64,000 nucleotides of DNA. Origin: Octopus vulgaris. Lineage: Eukaryota. The stretch is taken from contig OX597816.1 of the NCBI GenBank assembly GCA_951406725.2, forward strand, positions 35,464,001 through 35,528,000, in the 5' to 3' direction. Below, piece after piece: positions 39,746-54,072 of the stretch. Numbering within the stretch: position 1 is the first letter of the stretch; every line of letters begins with the position of its first letter. The notes under the pieces are model-generated. The model made no database searches. It had not been told where the DNA came from and worked only from the letters and a program-made list of their open reading frames with translations. The translations under genes and the position numbers were made by a program.

Positions 39746-41549
39746 CCTCAATATATTTCAATTGCTTTTATGTTTCACCGTATATATTAATGTTTTGTTA
39801 TACTGAAGTATATCTATGTGTTCATTGAACAGTTCTAGAAGTTCGATTAGTGTGATATGAGAGCGCTCGTGTGTGATTGATGCGGTTGTAATTGTTATAT
39901 TGTATTTATACTTTTGTAATTTGGTTGCCGTTGCGGAAACGCATGTCGCTTCTGGCCTCCAGATGTCTGGAAGTATTGTTTGAGGCAAGTCTATTTCAGG
40001 AATATCATCTGTATCTCATACAAATTAATTTATGTTTAACTAAAGAATGATTTTTACAAACGAATCGTATTTGTCATGATAGGCAAAATTGGTTTGTCTT
40101 CGAACAGAAGGAGGTGAAGTTTGAGCTAAACCTAATTGCTTTGGATTATACTACTGTATTTCAGGCATATGAAATATACGATATGTATTCGGAATACTCA
40201 ACAACTTTATCAGCATAATCATCATATTTGTAACCGCATGTAGTACAATTCAACTAGTTGAAGAATTTTCTGGTTTTTATCCGACCTTGTTTAACCCATG
40301 AAGTGCTGGGATTTGCACTTACATAGCATGAACTGCTGAGCACATTTTATGAAGATGAGACTACCATCTACACCTAAAAGACAAAACAATAGTTAAAATA
40401 TCTTCGTAGTAAATAACGGTGGCAAGTTTTGCATCAACTGAAAAGTCATTAGTAGAACTATTAGTCCACTTGCACTCTCAGGGGTTGGGTATCAGAGCGT
40501 TTGAGTAATAGTAGATACCAACAAACTCGCATGAATTAAAAGCATCTATCTGGGCCTCTACCTCTACCTGACGGCTACGATTGTGGCCTGTCGCGCTTTA
40601 TGTGTTAAGTAAAAATTACAATTCTACGAGAGAGAGATATGAATTCATTCATTGGATTAATGAATACGTTATCAAATATAGACAAGAAATTCCCCTGCAC
40701 GTCTATTGAAAAGCTAAGAGAATTGAAAACTGAAAACTGCTGTTCAATTAGGATTTATTGAGATGTTAAGACCTCTTCTTGATTATGACTATATAAAACA
40801 GAAAGGAGGCAAATTGATAGAATCATCATAGATCTTATAGAATGATTTGCCTTTTTGTTCTGTTTCTTTCCTCTCTGAGTTGAATTCTTACTGAAATGAA
40901 TTATGCATTTTATCACTGCAATGAATAAAATATCCCTCCAGAACATGGGTATGTTCTTATCACTGACTTTCTATCTGGAATTCTACTGGCTCTGAATGAT
41001 GCAGCGTTGTCACATAGTATCACACCTTTTGCGCCCTAAGAACTGTGTCTCAAGGAAGGGGGAATAACCGTGGCCTTCGCAGGCCATTCTATACCGGTGT
41101 GATTGATGCAATCACGTTCCGCGTAAACATGTGCGACTGAAAATCCTGCGGATAAAACATGTGGAGTGAAAAAATTCCAAAGGGCTCACGTTCCGGAAAA
41201 GCCTCCGCGTAATGATTGGCACGGGTCCTGGAGGGAGGTAGAGGAAACAAGGGTGACTGTAAGAGGGGACTTAAATGAGTCGAGCGTGTGTAGATAAAAG
41301 TGGCATTAGTTAAGTTAATTTCAAAGGAAGAGCAGCAGAAGAAATGTTAGAAAGGAACCACAATATGTATACCAGAAGCTAGCGAGTGTCTGTGAGAGAT
41401 TTTATATGTTTCTCGGATATTCTTTATCTGGAAGCATAGGGTTTATGAGCAGTAATCCATCCATCCATCCTGCCTATCCTGTATTTCTTGAGGTGGGGGA
41501 GGGTAGACAACTAAGATGCCTTCTACAAAATATAGAATCAGAAGCTGTA

Positions 41550-41711
41550 GGCGTAGGAGTGGCTGTGTGGTAAGTAGCTTACTTACCAACCACATGTTTC
41601 CGGGTTCAGTCCCACTGCATGGCAACTTGGGCAAGTGTCTTCTACTATAGCCTCCAGTCAACCAAAGCCTTGTGAGTGGATTTAGTAGACGGAAACTGAA
41701 AGAAGCCCGTC

Positions 41712-41765
<54 letters not shown>

Positions 41766-41985
41766 TTGTGTATGTGTGTGTATATGTTTGTATTTCTGTG
41801 TTTGTCCCCCAACATCGCTTGACAACCGATGCTGGTGTGTTTAAGTCCCCGTAACTTGGCGGTTCGGCAAAATAGACCGATAGAACAAGAACTAGGCTTA
41901 CAAAGAATAAGACCTGGGGTCGATTTGCTCGACTAAAGACGGTGCTCCAGCATGGCCACAGTCACATGACTGAAACAAATAAAAG
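41550..41985 (+). mobile_element. SINE family B, full-length
   Basis: Head, CTTGGGCAAGTG core, internal (TA)n(TG)n, tail TGACTGAAACAAATAAAAG. Confidence 0.9.
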
Positions 41986-43013
41986 GTAAGTAAAAGTTGC
42001 TAGGTATTCCGGCTGGTTTTCCAAGCCTGAGAGTCTGAAACTTTCAATGCTATAAAAATAAACCGTTCTTCGTCTCTCCTAGGTTTCCTGGCTCGGCTTC
42101 AAGTATCTGTCTTGTGATTTCATTCCTGTGATATTCTAATCACATGTTCGTAGTACTGTAGCTGTGAAATCCAATTGCAGATAAGTAACGGCTCTAACTT
42201 CAGAAGCTGTGCACACTGTTGCGGAGGAACAACATTTCCGCTGTTTGTATTCGCGGTCGTACTAATTTAGTCATTATCCAGTGTTCGTGACCAGAGGAGA
42301 GCATAGGCACACAAAACAATTTCAAGATTGCGGATCGCTTTTCATCTGGTTGCAACGTAAGTTCTGTCCGTTTTTTTAATTAAATATCTAGTTCGTTCTG
42401 AAGATCTTTAACACCTACAGTCTATACGAAATCAGGAACCAAGTGTCTAAACCCCCTACGATAACATCGAGTATTGTCAATGAAGATATTCCATGGTTAT
42501 ACCAATCACGAAACTCTACTTTTTATACAACTGAGAATTTGCTGATATAGTAATCACCGCCTATATCATAGAATTGAGGATTAGAGTTCTTGTCTAACTA
42601 TCGTCATGAAAAGAGAGTTATCCAATACATTGTGAGTTGCTAGCCCGTTGTAGCCCGGATTTACAAAATATCGCGACAGAAAAATTCCAAACTTTCCAAA
42701 ATAATTAAATATAGGGTTTGATTTGTTCGACTATAACGCTTCAAGTTAATGCCCCAGCACGACTGCATTTCAGTGATTGAAACAAGTAAAATATAAAGCC
42801 ATAAAAAAGGTGATTTTGCTCAATAAACACAATATTGTTACACACGCTCTCCGATGCACATTCATCTTACAGTAGAAATACACAAGAAACATACACACAT
42901 TCTAACGTCTGTGTTTGTTAAGAACGAGAGGGAGAAAGACAGAGTGACTAAGTGAAGGAGAGATATAGAGAGAGTGTGAGAGAAATAGTAAGAGATATTT
43001 GTAGGTATTATAC

Positions 43014-43075
<62 letters not shown>

Positions 43076-43526
43076 TAAGTGCATAGGATGTCACCATAGG
43101 TACAAATAACATGAAATATGTAACCCACGTAGTTAAAAACTTAAACAGTGGTTTCATCCTGTACCCATATATGCATTTATAAATGAGTCTTGAATCCTAT
43201 CTTATATTGCATTAGTTGCTGTCGTTGACATGTTAAGGCAAGGCACATATCAGAATTGAAAATCCTGGAAATGTTGTTTGCAGGTATATTGTATCACAAA
43301 TCAGGGGACTGGAAAATTTGGGGCCATTAATTTATTTACCATTACAATATTTCCTCTTCTTTACTGTTTAATTTGTTCTCTCTAACTAACTATACTACCC
43401 GCCGAATACTATCTATGTAAAAAAGACTGATCCAGGAGTAAAATTTGTATTATTCGATAGCCTCTCTGAAGAATTTCAGATAGGAATTCAGTTTATTTTT
43501 GATTTATACACATAATAAATAAATAA

Positions 43527-43587
<61 letters not shown>

Positions 43588-43871
43588 AGCTGGCATACGA
43601 GTGGGTATATATTCATAAAAAACGAAGTTTGAAAATACGACTATATCAGATACATTTTAATTTTCTTACTGATCTTACATGTTTCGGTTCTTCTTGAAAA
43701 AACGGACCTTATCAAAAATATTTTAAAAAGTTAAGTGTAATAAAAAAATTCATAATTGTTTCTTACAAGTCTCAACAGAGTCCACGTCGTTGTGTTTTGT
43801 GGGGAGAACATAATAGCTCTCTTGTGCGTTGACTAGAATCACTGGTTGTAATTGTGAAAATCCCTTGTATA

Positions 43872-43937
<66 letters not shown>

Positions 43938-44243
43938 GATTAAGATTCAGGCACTTAAATTGAAAGACCAAGACAGTCCGGTGTTTTATTCACAGCTCGA
44001 AGTAAGGTGAATATAAACAAATTGAGCAACTGGATATCAATTAGTAACGGGGTACAAACTTTTCAACCAGTTCCATTTAATTGAACAATGCAATCACTAC
44101 ATCAATTTAAATGAAATGCTATCTTCGGCTGCACAAGTAAATAAATGCAGACAGCACTATAATCAAATTGATATAATAATTGCATTATTCAGTAAAATGG
44201 AAGCGAATGAAAAGGTTTTACTGCATTAGCACTTGATATTATT

Positions 44244-44388
<145 letters not shown>

Positions 44389-44597
44389 AGTATCAGTTGC
44401 TGCTCTCCATGTCAAGTTTGGCGACATTACAGCGGTCGCATAGCATGAAACTTTAGTCATAATATCGGCACTTTGATCTCCGCTGTGCATATATACATAT
44501 ATATATATATATATGTGTATATGTATATATATACTCTTTTACTCTTTTACTTGTTTCAGTCATTTGACTGCGGCCATGCTGGAGTACCGCCTTTTAA

Positions 44598-44687
<90 letters not shown>

Positions 44688-44937
44688 GCATTGAACAGAC
44701 TATCGATTGTCGTTATTCATCGGTGTCAACAATATATTTTGCATTGTCTTCGGATGACACCTCCCCTCTAGCTTGCCGAGCAGGCCCTGGTCATGCTATA
44801 TGTTATGGAATAACGAAATAGAACAATGTGAAATAAAGCGTTTGCTTGAAGAACATAAGGGTCGACTAGTGCAGGAATAGAAACCATGACCAAGCAATTA
44901 TAAATGCAACATCTGCATCACTAGGCCAAGAGCCTTC

Positions 44938-45014
<77 letters not shown>

Positions 45015-45915
45015 TGTGTGTGTGTGTGCATATATACATTCCTTCCCTTCTTTCCTGAGCGTCAATAATACTTTAATTGTTCCACGTCCTGCGTTGCTGT
45101 GTTTTTTTCGCTTTTTTTCTCTTTTTTTCTGTGTTTTCTTGTTTGGATTAACTTTACATATATATATATATATGTATATATATATTCATACATGCATAAA
45201 ATATATAAAAATATATATAAAACATATATATATATATATATATATATGCATACATACACAAACATACATATATATATAAACATTCATATTAACACGTCAA
45301 TTTATTGTGAGGTTTACGTGTCCTTGTACATTTAGTATTTGTTTTATGAATTACCATTCCACCACAACAATTAAGAATGTGTAAGTCTAATAATAATCCA
45401 CCATTTCTAAATCAATATTCTATATAAATTTTTATTTATAACATTGTCATTCTCTTCAATGTATGATTTTTTTTAGGTCAGATGTACTAAAAGCAATTTC
45501 GAAATGTGTTCTAGTATTCCAAATTTACCAAATTAATTAAATTCTTGAAAACCAGTCTAATTAACAAAAGCAGAAATATTGCATGAATTAGTAAAACATT
45601 AAAAAATTATATACTTGTTGACTTGAATGAAGTCAAAACACCAATGATGGAAGTTATGAAGATTTTCTCTCTTCTGTAAAACTAGAATATCTAGATAACA
45701 CTGGATTGCGAAATATAATATATCGATGTAAAAGTTTAGTTGCTAAAATCAAAATGTCATGTGAAATTAATCACTCTCTAACTCCCTCATTCTTTCTCAC
45801 TCTCTCTCCCTCTCTCTCCCCATATATTTACGCGCTAAAATATAGAATATACACAGATACACCAACATATAAACATACATACACATGAACATGATTGTGT
45901 GTGTGTGTGTGTGTG

Positions 45916-46197
45916 TCTATATGGGAAGCTACCACCTGTGTCATCTCTTGTGAAAGGTAAGAGAGTCCAGTTTGCTGGACATAGTTGTAGAGCTGAAAGA
46001 GAGGTCATTTCTACTCTTCTCCTCTGGAAGCCATCTACTCGCAATACCAGAGGGCGCACACTCTCCTACCCTGATGTAATCTCCAGGGATACAGGCATCC
46101 AGCAACAGGACCTCCGTAATGCTATGATGGACCGTGAAGTCTGGCGTAGCATGGTAAATTCCATTGTCTCGACCACGGTCGAACAATGATGATGATG
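45916..46197 (+). mobile_element. RTE-clade LINE 3' end (5'-truncated) with a (TGA)n tail
   Basis: LYGKLPPVSSLVKGKRVQFAGHSCRAERE...LLLWKP..R.RGR......D...D.G......AMMDREVWR, stop codon, then TGATGATGATG. Confidence 0.88.
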
Positions 46198-46272
46198 TTG
46201 GTATGATGTAGGTGTTGTAGATACACACACGCGCACACACACAAAACATTCACAAACTCATGTATATATACA

Positions 46273-46570
46273 TACATCCAAATGTACATAGACGTAGCTG
46301 CGTGATAATAAGCTTTTTTTCCTCAAACCACATTGTTCCGGGTTAAGTGACACTGCCTGAAACCTTGGGAAAGTAATTTCTCCGAAACCTCGTGAGTGGA
46401 TTGTAGAAAGGTAGAGAAAAACTGAAAGAAACTCGTCGTATATATATGTTTATGTGTGTCTTATGTGTGCTCGCGCATACGTGTGTGTATTTCTTTATGT
46501 GTCTTTGTATCTGTTATCCGCTAACCATTGTTTCACATCTAGTGTGGTATACTTGCGTCCCCGTAACTTC
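46273..46570 (+). mobile_element. SINE family B, diverged
   Basis: AACCACATTGTTCCGGGTT..., ACCTTGGGAAAGT, AACTGAAAGAA..CGTCG. Confidence 0.7.
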
Positions 46571-47394
46571 ACGATACTGTTGATGGTGGATTGAAGCTGC
46601 ATTGATGCAGGCTCTTCTCGGAGTAGCTGAAAAGGTATAAAAGTTGCCAGGTGCTTATTTTTCAAAATTATGTTTCTTAATTATAGTGTTTTAGTCTAAA
46701 TAAATGTGGCAATTAATATTAATTATGAAAGTCAAATTCGGGCATAATTGTAAAATACAATTGTCCATTTTGCGACGAAACTTTACGTCATAGGATATTT
46801 TCTTTATAATTTTTTAAATCAGCCGGTAAAAATTAATCAGTTTCACCCAGTAACTGTGAAACAATCTTTTGGTCGCAGAATTACAATGGAATAAACAATG
46901 CTACGAATTTAGCAATGTTAATTAATTGAAACATAAATGAAAATATAAGGTAGGGAAGTCAGACACATGATAATTTGATCTATAGAAAATAAGGAGTATC
47001 AGTTAACAATGTCGCGGGGGATTTATTGTAGAAGAATTTTCATCACACGTCTGTCATCTGTCTGTCGCCACAACTGAGATAATTTGAGGGCAAGTGTTTT
47101 ACGCGACAAATACAGTTATTTGTCTGAACTTTATGTTTTAAGATATTTTTCTCCAGTCGCTTAGTAGTAGTCCAACGTAGCAACGTAACGAAATGTGTTC
47201 CAAATTTAAGATCTTCCATCGGATTCATTAACATATAATTATACTGAAGCACATACTTTTTGGTACTTTTGTTATATAATAGAATATTTCCATTACCAAT
47301 TCATACTAATCTTCTTTACATATATTGCTTTTAAGCATTAACAAATCATTTATTTAGTAACTCGCGGAGAGAAATCCTTATTTCATGTAAAATT

Positions 47395-47830
47395 TTTATT
47401 ATATATGGTTGAGTTACATATTCGCTTTTCTTCAAATTATTACTGGATTTAATACGTTAACTGTAATTATGTGTGAATGTGAGTGTGCTTGTGTGTCTGC
47501 CTGTGTGGATGTCTGTATCTTTGCTAGGTCCTACATCATTTGCAACTACATAAATGTAAATACGGGATTTTACTTCCATTATAATATAGCACATGTTCCT
47601 ATTATCTTTTGACAGTTTAGAAGTACGAATCTACATTTGACGTTCAAACATTAACATAGACACTTTTGTGCATTGCATAAGCAAACATATACACAGCTTT
47701 AGAGATGAGCGTATACAGTAGAATGCATCAAGTGATATATTGAAAGAAAAAAATTATCTCTCTACAGCGCTTAATTTAACAATTGCCAATCTGCTACACT
47801 CAGAAGTGACCAAATAGCTAAAATCGATAC
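47395..47830 (-). other. Candidate terminal exon (probably 3' UTR) of the minus-strand gene
   Basis: Acceptor GTTTTCTATTCAG|G at 47831/47830. Possible AATAAA (minus strand) at 47395-47400. The 3' end is uncertain. Confidence 0.35.
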
Positions 47831-48640
47831 CTGAATAGAAAACATCACACAGTTACACATGCAGCTGTGATGGTAACATATCTGGAGGTAAAGAACCAGT
47901 GAAATCTGGTGGCAACTATAAGTGAATAGAATATGTGAGAAGTGATTGTAGATGTGCATGCTCTTGTGAGATTATCTACAAACGTGTTGAAGAGCACTGC
48001 CAATATCCGTTCGTATTAATCTAAGTACTTTTATCAATAGATCAAGACAAAACCGCTGCGTGAGAAACGAAAAGAAGGCTATTACTTTTGCACAGTGTGC
48101 ATATCGTGTAATTATTGATTCAGTAGAAGTAACTTTAATATTTGTCCGTCTGTCTATCAAGGCCTTTGATAAGTTTTACCGTGCTTCTTTTGTTGCAAAT
48201 TCGTTGTTATTCTTAGAAAACTTCAGAGTTACGAGGCGAATATATTCCGTTTTATACAAACACAACTAATTATTTATTTTTATTTTTTGCAGCATTATAC
48301 AACCATGTTTTGTATAATACACAGGACTACTCAGGAAAATATTGTTTCTCTCCACTTATCATAATAAAGACGTTGATGTATACAATGGTGAATTGAGCTG
48401 ATTGCAATTTTATGCTTTGTTCTTGATTTTCAGGAAGAATTATGTGCCAGCGAGTTTGAACTTAAACAAATGTAAATAATCAGTATCCTATCATTAATGC
48501 ATTATATGCCTTAGAATATAACTAGTTCTTATCTAAAAATTGCGACACTCAGTATTGCTTACTCTAGAGAACTATTACTGAATATCTCTCGTTGAGAGAT
48601 TTACAAATAGCAATTTTCAACTCAATATTGTTATACTTAC

Positions 48641-48698
48641 CAGGTGACGGAGCAGCTGAAGAACTGGTAAAACCGTTCTAGTTTGAAGTGCTACATAT
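48641..48698 (-). CDS. Candidate exon (58 bp): ICSTSN* followed by UTR
   Basis: Acceptor CTATTTCCAG and donor CTG|GTAAGT. The phase-0 join to the previous exon gives a stop 37 nt before the next junction. Confidence 0.5.
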
Positions 48699-49314
48699 CT
48701 GGAAATAGTCAAGTTAAACTATACGAATTGTCGATAATTCCCGACTCAACACAAACGCACATTAATTGTGGAGTTAAATTAAGCCTTATAGTTCGTGCTG
48801 ATGAGGGATCATTAAAAATCGGTTTTGTTATGTAGTCGTTTATAAAATTGCCTCATGCTTTGGTTTTAACTGTATGCAAATACATCGTTTATCAGTGGAT
48901 GTATCCGTTCAGAAGGATATTTGAATCTGATGCTGAAAACTCAGGTTCAATGTTTTCCAGTTGTTTACTAATGTTGTTTACGAAGCAGGTAACCTTTAGG
49001 TGAATCAATATTTGTTTTTCATGTACAGTAAAGGAGTTCGATTACTGGAAATTTAGGGCAATTGCATACAGCAGACGCAGAAAGTTATCCGTTGCCTAGT
49101 AAGTGAAACTGTTTCAACCGTAATAACCAGAAAACAGCTGTTGCTCATATCAATAAATTTGGATCTAGACTACGGTGTGCTCAATGAGTTCGTTCGTAGA
49201 TAGAAATAAAACATTTCCTTACAGGGCATGTGTCCAATGGAGTTACATTTCTATGTATCATTTGATATAATTTAGGCACAAGCTAAGAAATGTTGTTAAT
49301 GGATAATTACTTAC

Positions 49315-49436
49315 CATGTCGCAATGGATTTTAAAACCACTTTTCATGTATTGATAGTCCAAACAGTTAATATCCATGTTTTTCCAACGTTGGTACACAT
49401 ACATGGGAGAAGATAATTTGATGTACCAATTAAAAC
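49315..49436 (-). CDS. Candidate exon (122 bp): (G)FNWYIKLSSPMYVYQRWKNMDINCLDYQYMKSGFKIHCDM
   Basis: Acceptor CATTTACCTTTAG and donor ATG|GTAAGT. Only one frame is fully open (phase 1-0). Confidence 0.6.
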
Positions 49437-51645
49437 CTAAAGGTAAATGACTAATCGTATCTGTCTTGGTAATATAATGGTTATCACAAAAGTTGTAATG
49501 AATGAATTAGTACTAATTTTAAGAATTACTTATTCCCATTTTTTTACGTTTGAATTGTAGTAAATATTAAATACTTCTAATAATTCGATCTTCGATCCTT
49601 TATTTGTAAAAAAAATAAATAAACAACACACATGTTTTGAGGGGATTACAGGCCCCATGATATCTAGTCATTGTCTCATTCATTAGACAAGATATATGGT
49701 TATTGCAACAGTAAATGTATGCTACATTATAACAATTAACAAACTGAACGTTGCCACGCAAACGAAGTTATAGGATGTGGAATATTTATTAACTAAATTT
49801 CATTAAATAACACGTTACCATCTTCAGTAAAGAACACAATATTTTTTCCCCGTCACAATGACTAAAACTGAAGAGCATCATCACCAGTCAAACATAATAA
49901 GACATGAACAATAATCTAAGGTTCGAAGTCCACAACTTATCAATCAGTTACACAGCTAGGACTGATGCAGTAAATTCTGATAGAGTTTCGTTACTATGTC
50001 AACTATAAACTATGTCAACTATATATGTCAGCAATATAATAGATTCTGATAGAGTTTCGTTGCTATGTTAGCTTCATATATTGTATCTGAATGATAAAAA
50101 TCATAGGACCGCTATTTTGCAATATCATATTACGAATAGACTAAATTGTTACAAATATAAATTGATCACTGTTAATTATATGATCTAGTTATTAAATTAA
50201 TACATATGGCTTAAAATCAGTCAAATGGTTCTGTATAATGTTGGAGCACATTACAAAGCGCAAAAGTATAAAGTAGATATTGAACATATACTTCGGGGAT
50301 TATTTCGTTTGTTTTAGGAACAGGCTGATATTTCGGAAGTAACTATTATTGGAAATATTCTGTATTATTTAAAATCTGTCGATTGATGTAAATGAGGTGA
50401 AAAATTAAGGAATATATCCATAATCCGGAATACTCTTAATATACATTATAAAAGATATTTGTTCAGTAAGTCATCAAACTGAAGTATATTTTAACTAGAT
50501 AAATGAATGTAGGTTATTACGTTTCACAAAGAGACTCAGACGAATCACAAGGACTTCTATGGTACTGGTCGGATGCTTGTTAAAGTATTCATAGTAAATG
50601 AAGAGTAGAAAAAAGAAACAAAATAACAGCCCATGTTTTCCTTGACGGAGTGAGTTCTGATTTTTAGATTTTATATATATAGATGTGTCATCTTTCCGTT
50701 GGAATATATAGGAAAATAGCTCTATGTATATAAGTAATGTCATCTTGCTGATAATGATTTATGGACAATATGAAAATGTGATTTGAACTGTATGTAGAAG
50801 AAGGTGGGAAAAAAACTTTCAAAGTTCCATGGAACATCCATTCTCGTTGAGTTGTCTAGATTTGGAGTCCAAATTTGACAGCATTTTTGATAGTATGATC
50901 TGGCATGCATATATATATAACTTAGTGCACATGTTGTTGGCATTAGTAATAAAATGATCACAGGAATAATGATACATCGGTACAGGAATTCTCAATGATT
51001 AGAATACCATTAAGATTGGACTAAATTTGTCGTAATGACTAGTTAAATCATGTTGATGTTAGTACTTTTTTCTTCCTTCTTGGTCCAAAGAAGCAAACAG
51101 AAAAAAAGGCCTAACTCCAAATAATTTTCCACTGTCATAAAATCAGTATCTTTGTATCAATTGAGAAATTAACATTAATAGAATGGTGCACGTGATGATT
51201 GTTGTGGTGAAACATGGAATCTTCACTCACCGCATTATGATCGAAGACATTTCGCCTGCGATCTTTCATCCATTTTTCTTTATGTATTGCATTTGTGAAT
51301 AAATGAAGATCCAGTTTCTTTTCGACCGTTATTTGAAGTGAGACAGGCTCATATTTTTGTCAAGTTCAGAACAACAATTTCCAAATTTGGTTGATAGAGG
51401 ACTCTTCAGGAAGCTAATTATTTGAGTTTTGACATGAAATTTTTCTCCCGAGATTGTCATTACGTGTTATTACTCTAGCACAAAATAAAGATTTATAGCA
51501 GTTTCTCTTTCACCCATCCACACTCAGATCCCTTTTCTCCATCTGTAGCACACGGAAAATATTAACATTTCTCCAAGTTTTCTGAAGTTAAAATAAATAT
51601 ATTTTATGCTGAAATATGAAAGCAATACAAATTATTTTCAAAATA

Positions 51646-51853
51646 CTCTTTTACTTGTTTCAGTCATTTGATTGTGGCCATGCTGGAGCACGGGCTTTAG
51701 TCCAGCAAATCGACTCTAGGAATTAATCTGTATAAGCCTACTACTTATTCTATCCGTCTCTTTTGCCGAACGGGTAAGTTAGAGGAACGTAAACATACCG
51801 GGGGGGGGGGGTGAACATAGACACACTAATATATACACAACCACACACACACA

Positions 51854-51902
<49 letters not shown>

Positions 51903-52064
51903 GACGGGCTTCTTTTAGTTTCCGTCTACGAAATCCACTCACAAGGCTTTGATCGGCCCGAGGCTATAGTAGAAAACACCTGTCCAAGGTGCCACGCAGT
52001 GGGACTGAACCCGGAACCATGTGGTTGGTAAGCAAGGTACTTACCACACAGCCACTCCTTCGCC
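51646..52064 (-). mobile_element. SINE family B, full-length
   Basis: Reverse complement of the head, core and tail seen at 41550-41985. Confidence 0.9.
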
Positions 52065-54002
52065 TAAAATATAACACTATTTCAAAATATCACTTTTAAA
52101 TATATTCATAAAAACCTAAAACAAATCGGATCTTTTCTGTTTGGCTGCCACTTATCAATTTCTGCACACCCCTCCCAGTTGATTTGATATTTGGAGTTTT
52201 GGTGTAGTTGTGTGAAGTAATCACCGGCAGGAAATTCATTTTCGCCATAAATCAATAAATAAAGAGGTAATAGCCTTTAACATTTGCAAACTTTCGATAG
52301 TTTTAGCCTATCGAAAGTCACAGACATATAGGTGACTGTTTCCATAGTAACAAGCCAAGCTGTCGCCGAACATTCTTTTTTTTTCCTTTTCATAATCGAA
52401 TGCATTTCCGTGTGTAAAACACAAATTTACAAAAGTCGTCTGAACATTTAACATACGTAAAGCAAGATTCCACCAATATTTCATTTGTTTACAGTTGACA
52501 AGACGTGCTCTCACGCACAAAATAACATCTTTCAAATCTTCTTTTCTGGCTGGGTAAACATTATCAAACTTTAAATCTCTGTAACGTTTCTAAAGAACAT
52601 TTCAGGAAAAAACGTGGAAAAATACATCAATAAACCGAAGTTTAAATCCTTCACTAAAGTTTTAGAATTTTCTCAGATACAGCCAAATAGATAAGATACA
52701 ACAAATCTAAACACTATTGACCTGGGGAATGTCCTGATAAAAAAAAAAAACAGACACCAAGACTCTTTAGTAAAATGGCTTCATAAAAAAGTAAGCCATG
52801 ACATACATCATGTAAGTTCTACATGTTTTCCGGGGAATATATATTGAAACCTATGAAGACGCATTCGTTTCGGCATGTTTAAGCGTTAAGTTACATAATT
52901 TGATTTCATTCGGATATAATTTTATCAAACATAAAAATAACATCCTGGGTTCTCGCTAGATAACCTATATCAACCGAAAGCTTAAAAGTAAATCCCTTCT
53001 TTAATAGATTCATTGAATAGGCTCCAACTCTTTTATGGCATACTTAAGGAATGATAGCATATCAGGCATATTTGGTCTTTAATGAAAATCCCGCTCGTTA
53101 TGTCTAACTCACTGATTATACCACGCATTTCTCAAATAAAAAAACCTGCACGCTTGACAGCCGAAACACATGATAACGCGTCTTAAAACACAAACATGTG
53201 CTGAGTCGTACAGACTGTCTGCAAATGCGCACGCACATTCAACTATCAAGGGTAAAATTATTTCCGTCCAATCAAAAAACAGCTGGAAATCTAATGGCGC
53301 ATCTAGCTGTATGCACGCACCGCGTACAAATTTCTATGTTTTAGCTATTTTGAATGGATATACCCATTACTTATGGGCATAAGGGGTCGGTTTATCGAAT
53401 TTTAATGGGTTTCTGGAAGTGACTGGGGAAAAGAAAAGATCTTCACGACCACCCTCAGACAGTTTTGAATGCCCATTTTCAAACACCAAACCAGATTTCA
53501 TACATTCTGTCCTGCGTGGAAAGAAACCTCATTTCGTTATATACTAGGGAATGTTTAGGTACTGTCCACATCATTCTTCCAGCGGTGCTAAAGTACTTGG
53601 TTCCCATTGATGAATAAGCTTTCACCCCCAGGAAAAAAATATATACACACATATGACAGAGGCATCAGAAAAACAAACGATTTTCTAACTAGCCAATTTG
53701 CCTGTCCCAAGATCAATGACTGATTGTCATCTATTTACCATATATTGTGAATTGGATCGAACTACTGCTATCTCTACTGGACAGGTATCCACCACAAAGG
53801 ATATGCGCAAGGAACTCGAAACCTTACGGTCTGCTTGATCCATTTGCTGGAAGATGGTAGGTGATCGCTCCCCTACTTGCTATATATAACGTGTGTAGAT
53901 TGCAACGAATAACCGGCTGGAGAGGGCCTCCTCCTGAGGTTAAAATTATAGTAACATCAGTTCCTGCGGAACAGCCAATATTACACACACACACACACAC
54001 AC

Positions 54003-54072
<70 letters not shown>

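Noticed and set aside
41008-41500. GC-richer island resembling an LTR
   Set aside because: No defined termini, TSD or second copy.
43675-43716. Decayed hammerhead-like motif on the minus strand (TTGATAA GGTCC..GAACC GAAACATGTA)
   Set aside because: Two core substitutions and a weak stem I. Counted only as a probable relic and not annotated as a feature.
44440-44465. GAAACTTTAGTC resembling a hammerhead 3' half in a TA-flanked fragment
   Set aside because: No CUGANGA box upstream.
48797-48830. CTGATGAG motif (also one on the minus strand near 38590)
   Set aside because: No GAAA box or closing stems.
49974-50072. Short direct repeats (ATTCTGATAGAGTTTCGTT twice, CTATGTCAACTATA twice), superficially CRISPR-like
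   Set aside because: Local slippage duplication in eukaryotic DNA, with no regular repeat-spacer array.
50740-50961. ORF with a hydrophobic start (MIILLLMPTTCALS)
   Set aside because: Non-ATG start, no splice support and no recognisable domain.
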